Assembly: GCA_001687465.1 (NCBI GenBank)
Contig: LVLI01000251.1
Location: 1-64,000, forward strand
DNA length: 64,000 nt
Direction: 5' to 3'
Source: Halocafeteria seosinensis
Taxonomy: Eukaryota
The position numbers were made by a program, and so were the translations under genes. Numbering within the stretch: position 1 is the stretch's first letter; every line of letters starts with the position of its first letter. Below, piece after piece: positions 12,044 to 26,417 of this stretch. The notes under the pieces are model-generated. The model was not told the DNA's origin, made no database searches, and was given only the letters and a program-made list of their open reading frames with translations.

Positions 12044-15000
12044 GTCAGATTCGCCGCCCGCTGGTGATGGATGGCTTCCCCAGAATACAAACACACACAA
12101 CTAAATCTATACCCTACTATTCGATAGTCTCTTCAACAATCAATCCTGTCGGCAACCATCCACCCGTAGCGCTGCAGCTGACTTTCGTTAACGAGCGGAC
12201 CCCCACGTTTATTCAACACAGTTTCATTCTCCGGTGTTTGAGTGTCCAGTGCTGGCTCGAACCGGTAGGACGAGTGAACTGCAGCTGCTACCCACAACCA
12301 CCGCTAACAAAAAAACAAAAGTTTATAGAACTTTGCTCGGGGAGGAGATGCCAGAGAATTCGTAATTCTATGGTACTCCAGGGCCCCATGGAGTGGCCGG
12401 AGAACAACGGAGCTTCGGGCTCCGGACTTGGCTGGAAGGGAAAGAACGCTGAACAACAGTGTTGGTTCTCCACGTCACACTCGCCTATGCAGCAATAATG
12501 TATATATCGGCAACAAAGATTGTCGGAAGTGGTCTGGTAGTGTATGTATTATGGGGACAAACCTATTTGCGCGGCAAAAAATGTGTTCTTCCGCATCTTG
12601 AAGCACAGAACACCCCGCGGAAGCAGTTGTTAACAACACAGACAACGCCGTCCCTCACAACTTACTGTACTGCGTACGCATTCATTGACGGCGGCCACGG
12701 ATATGCCGTCTACAATTGTAGGTGCGCCTTTCCTATGCGGTATGTGTGCCGCCTCGAGTCAACCTTGACGAGTCAACGGGAGCCGTCGGAGGAACTCAAC
12801 TCCTACCTTGACTTCAAGTGTTTGCCGGAAGGGCCACCATATCATGCGGAAGCATACTAAGAACGTGTTGAAGATTAAGCCTCCCTGTTGGTATCAATCA
12901 GTTAAGATAGTGAAGTCAGGAGGACCCTTGCTTGGCATAACATGCTGGCTAACGGGGATTCATGCCCCATGCATGGTGCGTGCATGGGGATACTCAAGCA
13001 ATATCATCGGCAGGATGAACCGTTCGGAAGTCCTATCCAGCTGGGTGCACATGACGATCCATGGTTGTCAGTCTATGTCATGCTGAAAGACTACTGCACC
13101 TTGCAGATAATCAGTTCCAGCACAGAATTCAGAAACCCCGATACGTTGTACCATTGTGGTACGTCCCAGTAGACCGTCATTTCTCGCCATAAGAATGGTC
13201 TAAAAGCAGGGCAGATCAGTCACCGATGTACTTCCAAACCACATCGGACACTCCAGACTACTACCAGCCGAGAAACCCCAAACGCTTTTCTTTGGTATCT
13301 GCAGCTGTACAGTAATCCCGTCTAGCGATTGGAATCGATTCGTGCTGTCCAAAAGCGAGCAACATCAATGTACGATTGGCTACTCGAAGATCTTATTCCT
13401 GCTTCACAACCTGCGTCTAGAGGAATACGTTTTGTAGATCTACTTATGAAAAGAGGAAGCGAAAACAAGCATGAGTCGTCATCCAAACTCCGCTGAACTC
13501 ACTCATGTGTCGTCATCCAAACTCATCTATTCAAGTTCTCAATGAGCAAATGCTGTTAAACCGAGAACAACAAAATGCAATGAAAGGACTGAAATCGCTG
13601 TAGGATCTTGCATTTTATCTGCATGAAACATAGACGTTTTCCTCATGTACAGCAGCTAAGCTGTGAATACGCGTACAAACTCAAAGCACGGCATACCTGT
13701 CCTAAGAATGCCCATGTTGGCGTTACCTATGGCACCCATTACTCAATGTCGCTAGAGGATTTTCTATGCGTAGCGTAGCAGTATACCTGTTTGTATCGGC
13801 CCGTAGCGACCCAAGTGCGTTCGCTCCCCAAATTTCTTCGCGAAAGACGAAGCATTTCATGCACAGCATGGAACCGCATTTTGCATCCTCTAGTGAGCGC
13901 TCCACAGAGTGCACGAAATTTCGTGGGCAGGATATTAGCGTCAGCCTATGCGAAGGGCACTGAAATATATTCACGTCTTGCATTTTACTGGAAGAACCCA
14001 AGACAACTTGGAGCAGCAACGTCGAAGGCGTTTCCAGGATACAGTCCTTATTGCGCGACTATCCCTTCGAGATCGTAGTTCTGCTCAAATTCCGATCACA
14101 TCGCAGTGGAATCAGAGAGCTTGTTTAATGTGCAAGAATTCTTCAGCTCCTGAGCTCCAATAGCTCCTTGCTTCGTAGGTTGACGTCAAGCACACATGCG
14201 CTCCGTAGTACTCTTACTTCCCGTGGGTATGTTGCTCAACACATCCCTTTAGGCCTTTGGGGAAAATTTTTATAGGTCCGATTAATTTCTCTGGACAACC
14301 CCGGACGAATGTTACGGCATATCCCAATCGATGCGACGTTGACTCCGCCGCCCGAGGAAGTGTGATACCCCACGAACCTTGAACTTCTATGTTCGACGGT
14401 CATATGTCATATTAAGGAAAACGATTTGGAAGGGCAAAAGTGGTATTACAAAGATTTTGCAATTTTGTGTACGTTAGTGTATATTATAGTACTGCGCACA
14501 TGCGCCGACGGAACGACGGTCTCGATATTGACTCACACCCTGAAGCTGCAGTTTTTCACTGCCCTAACCGGAGATGACATTATGCTAGACTAGGAGATCA
14601 ACCCACTACAGCCCTTTGGCAGTGACTGTAGAATGATAAGTTTGACGAGGATAAATGACCTGGAACGGGAATCAACTCGCCTTTTCCATCCATCCAAACC
14701 AACCAGTGACGATGGAACCAGCGGACCGAAAAACCTGGAATCCATTGGTGGAATTCCAAACTCCACAGACATACAGGGTAGCTCTCAAACGTCTTCATGG
14801 TTTACGCGGACTAACCTGCATTTGGACTCCATGTCACAGACGGCAACGAGCAAGAAATATTTGGTCACCCCTTCCAGAGTTCATATGGATTCCTCTCCCC
14901 TAAAGCGGTAGAAGAGTTTGAAATAAGGCGCCGCCAAACAACCTGGCCGCTTTGCTCATTTCTAGGGTACACAGATGGGACTCACTCCGTGTAGCACAAC

Positions 15001-16724
15001 AATGAAGCAGCCAAGAAGCTCACCGTTTCTTCTCTGGCCAGACAACTCAATTCTCGTGCTCCAGTTATTTCTGATGCAAGTTTTGAGAAAACGAGTGCAT
15101 ACTTTGCAGAGCACCAAATTCTGTCGATTACTGTTTCGAAGTACCCACGCGCTTGCAACCTCGCGGAAAGGGACGGAGAAAGGCGGTTTCGTCCATCTCC
15201 AACTATCACATTATCTGTCGTCGAGTGTTAGACCCAAACCCCGCACATGCTCCTTCCAATTCTACGACAATTATGTCGTCCCAAGTAGAGGCGCTAAAAT
15301 CCGGAACTGCTTGGTATCAAAGCAAGTGTACTTCCTTCTGCCTCTGGAGGATATACTAGTAAATGGAGGGATATGCTTGGCGGGTGGGTGACTATCTTGA
15401 TGTGTAAATTCTGTGATGACGATTGTTGGAAGCCCCTTAATGTGGTGAGAGAACAGAACAAGAGCCAGCCGCAAATCGATTGCTGCGAATCGAACAGGAC
15501 CGTGGTGAAGGATGTATTAGCCGGCTAAGGACAAGTCAGTGTGGAAGCTATGAATTGATCCTGGGTCTTGCAGCGCTGCGATGTCCAGAATTTGCACGAG
15601 ATGTTGGAATTGGTGGTCTGTTTCTGGCATCCATACATTTTTACTTGACTCGATAACCTACACCGTTAACACGGCAGGTATCCAGGCATTCAAACAGTGT
15701 GACTATGAACAGTTTCGCTCTCATGAGCTCTAGACAGGCCCCTGCCTAAGTATTGTGTTCCATTACGAAGCGGCATATCTTTTGGCATATAATCCCCGAG
15801 TCTTCCACGTCGTTGGGTTTGGTAGCGTCGTTTTCGTAACAATAAATAAGTGCTCGAACGGTATTCTTTGAAATCTCTGAAATTAACGGAGAAGGAGTTC
15901 TTGGTGTTTTTGGCGAGCTAGCAGTCTTGTTATGTGTCACGGTTTGACTGTTAGTGGGAGATGAAGAAGTACTAGCAGTCAATTCCTGATTATACGTTGG
16001 TCATTGACCACCCCTGAAGCAAACGTGTTAGCAATGTACCATATGGTACATTCCAAAGCATCTAATCTAGACTGAGCAAGCGGGCGGATGTCCCAGGGTC
16101 AAATTCAAAGCTCCTAAACCCTACAGTTCTAGCTGTAAGTGTGAACTGGGGTAGATGTGCATGTTATGCCCTGTATGCCTCAGCACTGCCAACGGATTGC
16201 CTACAGCAGACGGTCGTATCGACAACGAGCAATCTGCATCATTCGTGCGTACACGACACAGCGGTCTCACATGCAGTATTAATAACTAAATCAAATCAGT
16301 AATTACGTAGTTGGCGACTACACATTCAGGGTACATTTCCCTCGTCTTGGTGGAAGTGGAAGTCTGTGGTTTCCAACTTGCCCGCTCACTGTATCTGATC
16401 ATCCGCCTCCGTAGCCATGTCTAGCTCACACAAAGAATGGAATTACGCAAAGAATGAAATTGTCAAAATCCTTCTTTTTTTCCTCTTATATAACGCCATT
16501 CTTTTCTCTTGAGTCATATTGTGATCAAAGTTCCAGTACAGGGCAACCGTTTCCCTGTCGGCAGTCGGCGACGAGGGTAACGACAAACACAGTATTAGTA
16601 GCCTACTACTACCTTGGGTAGTATTGCTAGGGTTGTTTACAACTAAATCCCAGTGTTTTACCTGCACAATAGTCCTGGCAACATTGACGTCGGAGTAGTT
16701 GGTGTTTATTTTGTTACCGAGACT

Positions 16725-17512
16725 ATGGCCGAACTTTTATTGTCGGACNGGGTAGTTGGATCTTCTACCAACAAGCCGTTTGCCTGTAGTACTGCCAAAG
16801 GAAACCCTTTGCAAGCGTCCATGTGGACTTTACAATGCCCGATTTCCAATGGAATCCAACAACAGATCCCCATGAGTGGAATTCTAAGTCGAGACAACGC
16901 TACGAAGGGAGAATTTAGACTGGCACACACGGCGGCAATCGGAGAAACCAACCCTGGTACAGAGACGCAAGTCCCCCGGAGTAATGCAGCACGAAGCTCT
17001 CATAAATTTAATGAAACGCGACAGTACATTTATGCGTCACCTTATCCTGGAGCTAGTTCCCGTATCGTGCTTAAAAGCAGCTGTCGATCTCGATCCGACC
17101 AACAGCTGGAACCTGGGGTGGAGCCGAAACGTATGCGGCAAGAGCACCCTACAGCAAACGACACTACAAAAAGGTACGCTAATTGTATATATTGCTATCA
17201 GAATACATTAGTATGGAAGTGTATTTGTGGGGCTGCAGAAAAATTGATGCGGAACTGCCCTATGAATGCAAGCTTTGTCGCCGGGGTTATGGGACTCTCT
17301 CTGCCTTAAGCATGCATCTGCGCACAAAACACGAACTCCTTATTAGAGTCATGTTAGGACTTAAAGACTCAGATAAAATAGTGTCTGCTCACGGCAGATC
17401 TGTAGGAGGGTTTATCAACGGCGAATACAAACCCAGCTATTGGGTTCCGGTGTGCACTCTGCAGGAAGCTTTAGAGTTAATGAAGAGGCCAAATGCGCGA
17501 GAGTTTTACTAG
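16725..17512 (+). CDS. C2H2 zinc-finger protein, paralog 2 (2 exons)
   Basis: ATG at 16725 and intron 17174-17238 (GTACGC...TGCAG). Exon 2 reads LPYECKLCRRGYGTLSALSMHLRTKHELLIRVMLGL...HGRSVGG. Confidence 0.82.
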
Positions 17513-19747
17513 TGCCGTGACGACGTCGTACTAGCACAATCTCCGTATGCAGCATCCATGACAGAGTTGCACTGGTGCTCAACTGTTCGCCAGTATTATT
17601 CACCGGAACTGATTGACAGTTCGAGCTTTGATAGCTTCAGAACCAGCTGATGTAGATATCTTTGGCATCACAACATGAAAAGTTCACCTAGAACAGAGGG
17701 TACGGTACTCAGAGAGTTCTGGTATTCCGCCTCGGCGACAGCAGCTGTTTGTTTTACTGCCAGTTCCTGGCCTGAATCCTTCAAGAGTTACTGAACTGTG
17801 TCAAGCAGCTTACAAAGTGTCCCACCAGAGCATCAAAAAGAAAGAAGCGTATCCTGCTGAGCAGTGATTTGACACTTTGAAATCAGGAATATCGGATAAG
17901 TTTCAAAAATCTCTTTGTTCAACACTTCAACCATAGCGGTGGAAAAAGATTCGGCGTAGCATAGCAGAGGTTTTGCTTTCAAATCAGTCGGCGTTCTCAA
18001 AGCTTTACTTCAGATCAGTTTTGCAGGTCTCTTTGCTCAAAATTTTCAACCCTAGTGGCGGAAGGAGATCCAACTTGTATTTAGCCATGATTTTGCTTTC
18101 CAACCACTCTGCCTTCTCTAGTATTGTGATTGGAAATTACCGCTGTGAGGAGCACGCCATCCAAGATACCTTTCAGGCATTTTTTTATCAGAACTCTGTT
18201 TGCATGTGCTCTGACGCACGACGACCATTTTGCTGTGCCTAAAGCCAGTTTCAGTATCTTTGAGGCATCGGAATACGTAGTAGGTAGAGAGGTCAGGGGA
18301 CTCCAATGGTCACTGAAACATCCCTCCACGTGTACAGAGCTACTTCCTACTTCACTTGTCCGTTAGTCCTCATAATTCAGTTGATTAACACTGACCTAGT
18401 GAGGGATAAGAATATAGCATTATGGGTAATTCTGCGGTACAAGGTAATACAGCAGGTATCGATGTTGTTCCGTACCGTTGGAAAGGATCTGCAAAAAGAC
18501 AGAAACGAAATAGAATTTGTGCGAGCCTNTTGACGCCGACATCGAGAATACCAAGGGATTTTCTACTCTGTCACTTACTGGGCAAATTTACTCAAGAGGC
18601 CCTAGCGGTGGGCGAGCGATGTTTTTCAACAAATCCAGTGGGGACTTCGGCTGACTCTCCAGAAGCTGCAAATATTCCTCTCGTTAGTATCGTAGCAATA
18701 CCTGCTGCACTGATCCGTGGATGGTTCTTTGCATTATAGGCAAAAGACAGCACCAACCAGGATTCCAGCCGCAGCAGCCCCGATGTACTCAGACGCCTGC
18801 GCCTGTCGGTCTGCCGCGTGAATTTCCCTCATTTATCCAAGCCGACCAATTATTGGTTGGTCTTCTCCCCTAATTGTTGGCAATTCGCTGCGGCCTCTCT
18901 CATATGGCAGTCTCTGCATTTCTTCCGTACTGCGTATGGGCTCCATCCACTCGCGAAGTCAAACCAGTGGGATATTCTCTTTCGCTATGTTGTATGGCGG
19001 CATCACGGTATCTGCCTTGAATTCCTCGCCCAATCAATTACATATGCATGTAGGAAGTGTGATTCCTTCCACATAAAACAAACAATAGCAAAGCAGGAGG
19101 AGGGGTGGTAGATGATGGTACGGCGTCTTCGCTCGTTCGGCCGTACTCAAGCGTACAAGTACAGTACACCCCACCTACCCACCCGACATGGAAATTCCCA
19201 ATTATACCAGCACTACTTGTAAAGGAGAGGATTCCGACTTTCCTTCGTATTTGGACTCATTTGAGTCAATGTCAAGTGGTGATCGGCTGACGAAAAAAAC
19301 CGACTTCGGACTTCCCCTTTAAAGGGGGCATCATTTTTCGCATTTGGGTGGGGGTTGTAAACGCCAGGCCAATGATATCGAATAGTACAGGTGGGGTTTT
19401 GGGGTACCTGAACATCCGTTGTGGATGCGTCTCAGATTCGTGGAGAGGAGGCCATTGGCTCCGGACCCACTTCCATCGGATGCCAAGAGAACGTCCATCG
19501 ATCGAGATTCCATGTTCTGGCCGCTGATCGAGAAGGCTCACATATGTACAAGTTGAGAACTATTCCGAGGGATCGATCCAGAGGGTCATGGTACTGGAGG
19601 TGACGGAATAGAGGAACATGGAACTCCCGGCTTGGGCTTCATATCATACAGGTACTGTTGATTTTTTTTTTTTTACTTTTTAACTGGAGCAAGACTCTGC
19701 AAGAGAAGAGACTGTACTTCTCATCAAACGGGAAAGCCCCTATCGGG

Positions 19748-20683
19748 TCGGGTGCAAGTGTTAGGAATGCGAAGTTCGTTAGGGGAACTGTAAGATCACC
19801 CTTGCACCCAAGAAGTGCACTGGCTGACTGGATGAGGACCCGCTCAAAATTTCAGAGCTACCGACGGTCAAGTAAGACTCACCGGAGAATTTTGATTGTT
19901 TCCAAGAAAATTACAGTAAGTGCTCTATCTGTTTGGTCCGCTGAGGGGAAGCAGTTATTCGTGATTTCTTGAATTTCTGAATTCAGCAGGCTAGCCGAAA
20001 CGAGGCTGAGATTTTCGCGACATGTACGTGTAGCAAACGGCAAAAAGAGCGGCTGTGCTTGCAGGCAGTCATACAATTTTGTATTGCTTCCCATGTTGAA
20101 ACAATACTGTCGAAACAATACCTGAAAGTCGTCAAGTCAACAACTGCTGATGGACAGGGCTAAACGAACACTGCAGATCACTCTAGTATCGACCGAACAT
20201 ATTCAGAAACGATTCACACACATACATCGATTACAACCGTCGATGCGAAAAAAAGAAAAGAAAGAAAAAAAGAAAAAAAAGAGTGCTGATGAAGTCTGAT
20301 CAATTCTTCAAAGTCTTACTGCTGAAGGAAAGGATGATGACACTCAAGCTCCCAGAAGCGTATGGCAGGTATGACCACACTATGTGGATCGTGCACAAAC
20401 TGGAAGCAGCAATATATATTCCAAATTAATCAGTCATTTATTTCAGCGGAACGATGCTACGTAATCGGGTAATTCCAGAGACAGACAGAGTTCAACCATT
20501 GTGGCCGGCGTTGTCACTGCAAGGGCATATTATGGATGGAGAAGACGGCTAAACTAAGCGAAATGGGACCACCTTTCTGCTCGTCTACAGAAGTAACTAT
20601 GAGAATTGATGTAGTTCATTATTTCAGAGAAATTGCCGCGGATACTAGATACAATTGTCTCCTACCTGTACAGTGGGACGTAC
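19748..20683 (+). repeat. Segmental duplication block A1 (partner 32034-32945)
   Basis: Near-identical sequence starting TCGGGTG(C/T)AAGT(G/A)TTAGGAAT at both 19748 and 32034, with scattered substitutions and indels. Confidence 0.92.
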
Positions 20684-21398
20684 GGATATCAACCGACGGG
20701 CCAAGGGAACACTTGTAGCACGCACACACACATAATTTTAGTGAAAAATAAGTGAAGCGACTCAATTGGTTTGAGCAGTTCTGTGGGCTAAAGCAGACGT
20801 GCATGCCCGCTCCGCATAGTGTCGTCATTGCACCGACACAACGTACTCCGTGTAACCAACTCCCCGGCGGGTGGGCTATCTGTCACATATGTGTGTGTGC
20901 CGGGTAACCTGCTGGGACGCATGCTGAGACATGTTCAAACCCGATCCATGGCAATTATCCCGCCATCGCTAGCATTACCGCGAACGGTATGTATGTACCC
21001 CTCGGTGGATCCAAAGTGTCGAGTAGAAATCGTGCGCTGTTGGTCATTTGATGTTCAAACTTGGGTGGCCCCGTACCCTAGGTCCCGATCAACACCTCAA
21101 TAGGTTTACCGCTGGGGTTCCAACTCATGGGTCCTGAGCAATCCCCTGAAACAACCAATCCGCTGTCAGCGTCAGTCATACACAATGGGAGCAAGCATGC
21201 TATGGCACTATTGCTCCAATGAGTTTTTAGCCACTACACACTGTACTACTCTATTTGCCAACTCCATTTTTTGCTTTTGTTTTTCTAATTGCAATTGCAA
21301 CCCTTCAATTTTCCAACAGATTTCGTGCGCAGTCGAATTCATTCAATTGTCATCGCATGCATCTGCACCTGAAATGCGTTGCGTTGTTGCAGTACTGT

Positions 21399-22338
21399 TC
21401 ATAACTTGTCTTGTTTTCCCTCAATACTCCCATCAACCCCAGTTTCCATTGCCTGTGATCGAAGGGCTTCATCTAGCGAGCAGACAGGGATGAGGTAGCT
21501 ATCCTTGTGTATGTCGTTGATGAATCCGGCAACTGATCTTCCGTGGTGTGACGACACTTGCTGGGTATCTTTGAGCCCCATCATCCGTCGAACGATTCTT
21601 TCATGTTTTAGTCGTAGATGCATACTTACTGCCGATAAAGTACCATACCCTTTTTTGCACATGGGGCAGCTGTATGGACGTTCAATATCCTTGTTGGTAG
21701 ATCTGCAAGAGTTATCAAAAAAACACCCAGTCAGTACAAGACCCCATGGAAAACTACATCAATTAGACATACGCGAGTCCACGCCTCGATATCTCGCGTT
21801 TATATATACTTGTAGTAGTTCGCTGGGAATTATTTTTCGGTCGTTCCACATAAGAAGCACCTTCACCCATACTCTGGGGCTCCGCGAAACGACGAACTTC
21901 TGCAGTTTGAACACCAGCACTGGCACTTGACGACCACGTTCTGTTCTGCGTTTTCTCATTCTTTTTCTGTGCTTTCTTGGATGCAGATGGTCCGCTATAC
22001 GGTTTGGCATACATGCTAGTCGAGATTCTTTGACTCTGTTTAGTCTGCTGGCCACGTCGTGCAGATACACCTCGGAGGCAAAATTTCCCCTTGGTGGTTT
22101 CACTCAGGATTCCCGTCGGTTTTCCCCCTGTCTCCTCAGGATCCGAGTGCTGCAATGCTAGCACAGACACTTCACGAATTCCCTGCAGCTTTGTATGCAT
22201 GAGTCGTCTTTGGAGAAATGCTTCCGGGGAAGAAGCACTGCTCTTCCGATTCCACCCGGTGCGTTCTGCCGCCGGTACATGGATCCCAGTGGGCTGTCGA
22301 TCCACAGGACGACGATGCAGTTTGAAGTTTTCATTCAT
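21399..22338 (-). CDS. C2H2 zinc-finger protein, paralog 3 (2 exons)
   Basis: ATG at 22338 and intron 21703-21772 (GTATGT...TGCAG). Exon 2 reads RPYSCPMCKKGYGTLSAVSMHLRLKHERIVRRMMGL...HGRSVAG. Confidence 0.82.
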
Positions 22339-23021
22339 TGTACTAGGCGGTAGTAGTCGTAGCAGCTTAGAAAAACAAAGGTGCAAACAAATCTACTACC
22401 CTAATACCTTCTATAATCGTGTGTTGACGTCGCGCTAACGGCAGTGCACAAACGCGGTTCAGCGGATCCAACAAACAACAACTGCCGTGGTGGTGGTTGA
22501 AGAACCCACGCTCTTAAGAAACCATTCCCACCATGCGTGTACATGGAACTGTAGTGGTGAAAGAAAATAAATTAATAAAACACTTCTGTTGAAAATGTAT
22601 TTGGAGGCGAGAGTGTTTTAACAGTGACTGTTACCTTTCTCGCTAGTCACAGTAGGACCTTCCAAGTCAAGCACAGAGGTTGTACAGTACCGGTATCTCC
22701 GGTGTACAACTGCAGTACTGAGTACTTGTAGAATGCAGAGAGGAATCTATTACCAGTGTATTTTTGCGAGTTTATCCGTTTATGGATCGTACACTAAGTC
22801 TACTACTTCCCGTTGTGTGTATTAGTATTGCTCCTGCCAGCAGACGTGTAGGCTGGTTTACACACATACATGTACACGAATCTGACGGTCTCTCAGACGA
22901 CGTGCCACCGTGAATAATACCCAAGTAGAAGTACTCCCCAGGTTTATCCTGAAAGAAGTTCTTGATATCAATGCTGGTGTGCATTGCACACTGCAAGTTT
23001 TAATTCTTCTCGGTAGCTAAA

Positions 23022-25965
23022 GGACCTAATGTACCAGGACTTACTGGTCGCTCCACTGCCGATCCTTCCTAAACACTGACCTATCCATAAATTATAAAAT
23101 GCATTTTCATCTTGTATTTCGCGTACCTCAACGAGTGTATTGAAGGAAAATGCTTGAAAATCTGCAAGGTTTTTGGCTCAATCTGATCCGCTCCCGCCTT
23201 TTTGTAGCCTTGGCACATGCTGGAATGTCAGTGCCACTTTTGTTCCAACAATCCCCTTTCGCATGTTTACACAAACCAGTATTGAAACTACCTTATATTC
23301 CCGTCCTGGTAATCATTTTCTCCCTCTTCCCACCTGTGGTCGAATTGGAAAGTGCGGTAGTCGTTTGACCGAGACGACTGCCAACGAAAGCAGATGGAGC
23401 AAGCAATACAACGCTCTCTCTGCTGAATAGGTAAAGAGCGAAATCTTAATGAAGGATTCATTCGAGCATAGAAATCTGCATTGGAACGCACGTAGTTTCA
23501 TGTCAGTCTCATGCGCTCAAAAAAGCTCCATCAGCATTGATTCAGCAAACAGCAAAACAAAACCAAACAATTTACCATTAACACTTCCCCTTAAGAGAAA
23601 CAGTATTGATAGTTGAGGTACTCATGTATTGCCCTCAACAAGACCTCGCTTCGATGCGTCAATACTTCTTGCAGTCATCGTATGAATTCCAGCTCAGCGA
23701 CACAGCATTAACTTATCCATCCTTCCCGAAGGATCAACTCCACATACGTCGATACTAAATGCGCTGTTCTCATTGGCAGTATTCGTTCATGTTTGCCAAC
23801 ATGTAACTGCATTTAGAAGGCCAGACTCTCCTGCTTCCCGTTTTGGTTTCGTTCTATCGTCCATCGTTCTGTTCTTCTTTAAGGGTGCTGCAGGGAATTC
23901 ACCCACCGACAAAATCTACACTGGTCTCTTTCCAGTAACTGTTAGAATCATTGAATGGATTCTGCAGCTGTGTTCTTCATCTGCTGTACGTAGTACGCCG
24001 TACCTTTTCCTGCACCCTGGAGAATCATTTTACAGTTTCACCAAAGTCGAACCTTTCTCTCTCTCTCTCTCTCTGGTACACACAGAAAAAAGAAGAAAAA
24101 AAAAGAAATTCTTTGAATGGGTGTACTACCAAAGCATGCAATATACGAGGATTTGCTTGTTCGCCGCCTCCAACAACTCACACACACAGATGTCAACTGC
24201 AGAAGTGACAAGTACCACCCCACGCCGTGACCACACGGTCGCTGGGGAGCCTTGAAGTGAAGCATGACGGCACATTCAGTACAGTGGATGATGTCATTGA
24301 TACAAGATGAAATATCCCTAAAAGAGCAAGAACAGACTTGGAATGGGTTTACTGCTATCTGTTGAATGAATGGTGGAGGTTCGCAGTCCGTGTATTTGGT
24401 TGGAAGAATTGAAGTACGCTGAGAGGCGTGCACACAGCATTGCTGAATGCAGGCAATGAGACGTCCGGCAAAATTGGACTTTACGATGAGGCGGATCCTT
24501 GTTTCAAATTACCAGCTACCGTGGCGAAGTAGCTTCCGTAGTCTTTGCAAAGAGTGAGCTCGTTTTCTGACGGTTGCCGGGAACCATCAGCGCCAGCAAG
24601 GGAACCAGGCCCGTAGGCGCTAGCACCTCGCACTTCTGAGTTATCGAACATTAGAGGGTTGATGTAACCCATCGGAATGTAAATCATGCCGTGATGAGAA
24701 AAATGAGTCAAAGTCGTCAGGGCCGTCGTTTCCTGGCCACCACCTTGGGTACCAGTTGAGAAGAAAACACCTGCTGGCTTGCCGACTAGAGCCCCTTTCT
24801 GCCACAGTCCACCCGTTGCATCGAAAAATGCTTTCATTTGCGCAGGCATCATTCCGTAACGGGTAGGCAGTCCAAATAAGAGTCCGTCATACTTTGGTAA
24901 GTCTTCCGGGTCCGCAATGGGGTCTTCAGATTTGGCTGGAGCATGCATTTCTCCAATACTGCAGGTAAACACAGACGCATTTTTCTCTTGAAACATGTAA
25001 GCGCTGGTACAATCGCATGCTTGTATGCCACCAACCTTCGCGAGGGAGAGTTTCAGGAACTTGAGCTAGAGTTACATTTGCTCCTTTTGCTTCAAGGCCA
25101 GGTTTGATTCCGTTTCGGGCCATCTGGATAAAATCGATGGAATAAATTTTTCATAATGCTTAGTTTTACTTTTAACAACGGAAGCGATCGGCAAGCATAC
25201 TCCAATACTTACTGTACGGATGTGACCATACATGGAGTAGTAGACCACCAAGATATTCGGAGTTCGGGAAGTCATTTTCTTAACTTGTATGCAATTTGCC
25301 TGCGACAGCAAAATCCTGATAAATTATATAGGACAGACATGTCGATGGACCAAAGCTTCCTATGTTGGTGCGCATTTGTAGCTTCGGTCGCTCGGGGAGG
25401 TATACTGTATGGGATAACTCCGCTCCTGGTATTGTGCTGCGAGTCCCTTCAGGACCAGCATCAAGCTTCACATTTCCCCTTCTCTTATAGCTTCCAATAG
25501 CAATCTACCCCTGGTGAACACTTTGCTCCATGCTAGTTAGGCGATGTTCTATATGGAACAGCCTTGTTTCTAGAAACCATTCATCGCTAAACCCCGCATT
25601 TCCGATAACTCCAGCCGATCATTGCATCCGCCCGGAGATGGAAATCAGCTTTAATCAAACAAGCCCCTACGCCTCAACCGCATTGTCGAGCTATAACAGA
25701 TACCCTGCTACTGTATACCAGGATATTCCCGTAGCACTGGAGAAGTCCACTGGCGGCTTCGTCGAGTGCATCGAAACGACACTCACAGCCTGGGCCACGA
25801 GTTGTGTCGCGTACTTATTTCTATTTCAGAGGTTAGTCGTCTTATATTGTACGTATCCCCTATGCAATAAACCTGTATCACCTATAAGTCAATCCTAGTT
25901 AATCATATTCTACTTGGAGCTCTACCGTCTATGGTTTCTAGAAGCCAAGGGCAGCTGAGTCAGCA
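23022..25965 (+). repeat. Segmental duplication block A2 (partner 32941-35839)
   Basis: Runs from TACCAGGACTTACTGGTCG to GAAGCCAAGGGCAGCTGAG(T/C)CAGCA in both copies and includes the WrbA gene. Confidence 0.92.
24481..25275 (-). CDS. wrbA: NAD(P)H:quinone oxidoreductase type IV (WrbA/flavodoxin-like), copy 1, with a 1-nt frameshift in an A-run
   Basis: Exons 25213-25275 (MTSRTPNILVVYYSMYGHIRT), 25036-25123 and 24481-24958. Motifs are YDGLLFGLPTRYG and STGTQGGGQETT. This copy has GAG AAA TGC where copy 2 has GAG AAA ATG (VLEKMHAP). Confidence 0.88.
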
Positions 25966-26417
25966 CTTCTTCAAGACGTATGGAGCGTAGAAGAGGGAAT
26001 GAGAGCCAGGACAGTCTCATTTTTCTCGAGTCCATAAGCCGTTTTAGCTTGCGCTTTTGTTTCGATCAAATTCTGCCGAAACTCTTCTTACTCTTCTTCC
26101 GGGTCCCCCCCGCCGTTAAACTTCAAAGATAGTATAGCTTCAATATACACTGCTACTCAATATATTATATATATAATATATACACTATACACTACTACTT
26201 CTTACTAGTTCAAGTTAGACTACACTTAACACCACCGGCAGCTTGCTACCAGTACCCTCCAGTGATTCCTTTTTCTTTCTTTTTTTTTCTTTTATGGTCT
26301 CCTTAAATTCAAACGCAAACCACTTGAATATACGTAAGCCCCAGGGGTTTAACCCCTTTTCACAACAAAACCTTGCAACCCTAGGTTTTCTTGTCGACTA
26401 TTGCTGAATGTTTACAC

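Noticed and set aside
12850..13090. Possible degenerate PHD-finger fragment (HGACMG...DDPW)
   Set aside because: Too short and broken to support a call.
13200..16600. Numerous short ORFs in a gene-poor stretch
   Set aside because: No recognisable motifs; probably intergenic or highly decayed sequence.
26340..26390. Two short hairpins downstream of the nuclease-like gene (possible Helitron end or terminator)
   Set aside because: The stems are short, there is no matching element terminus, and there is no second copy for comparison.
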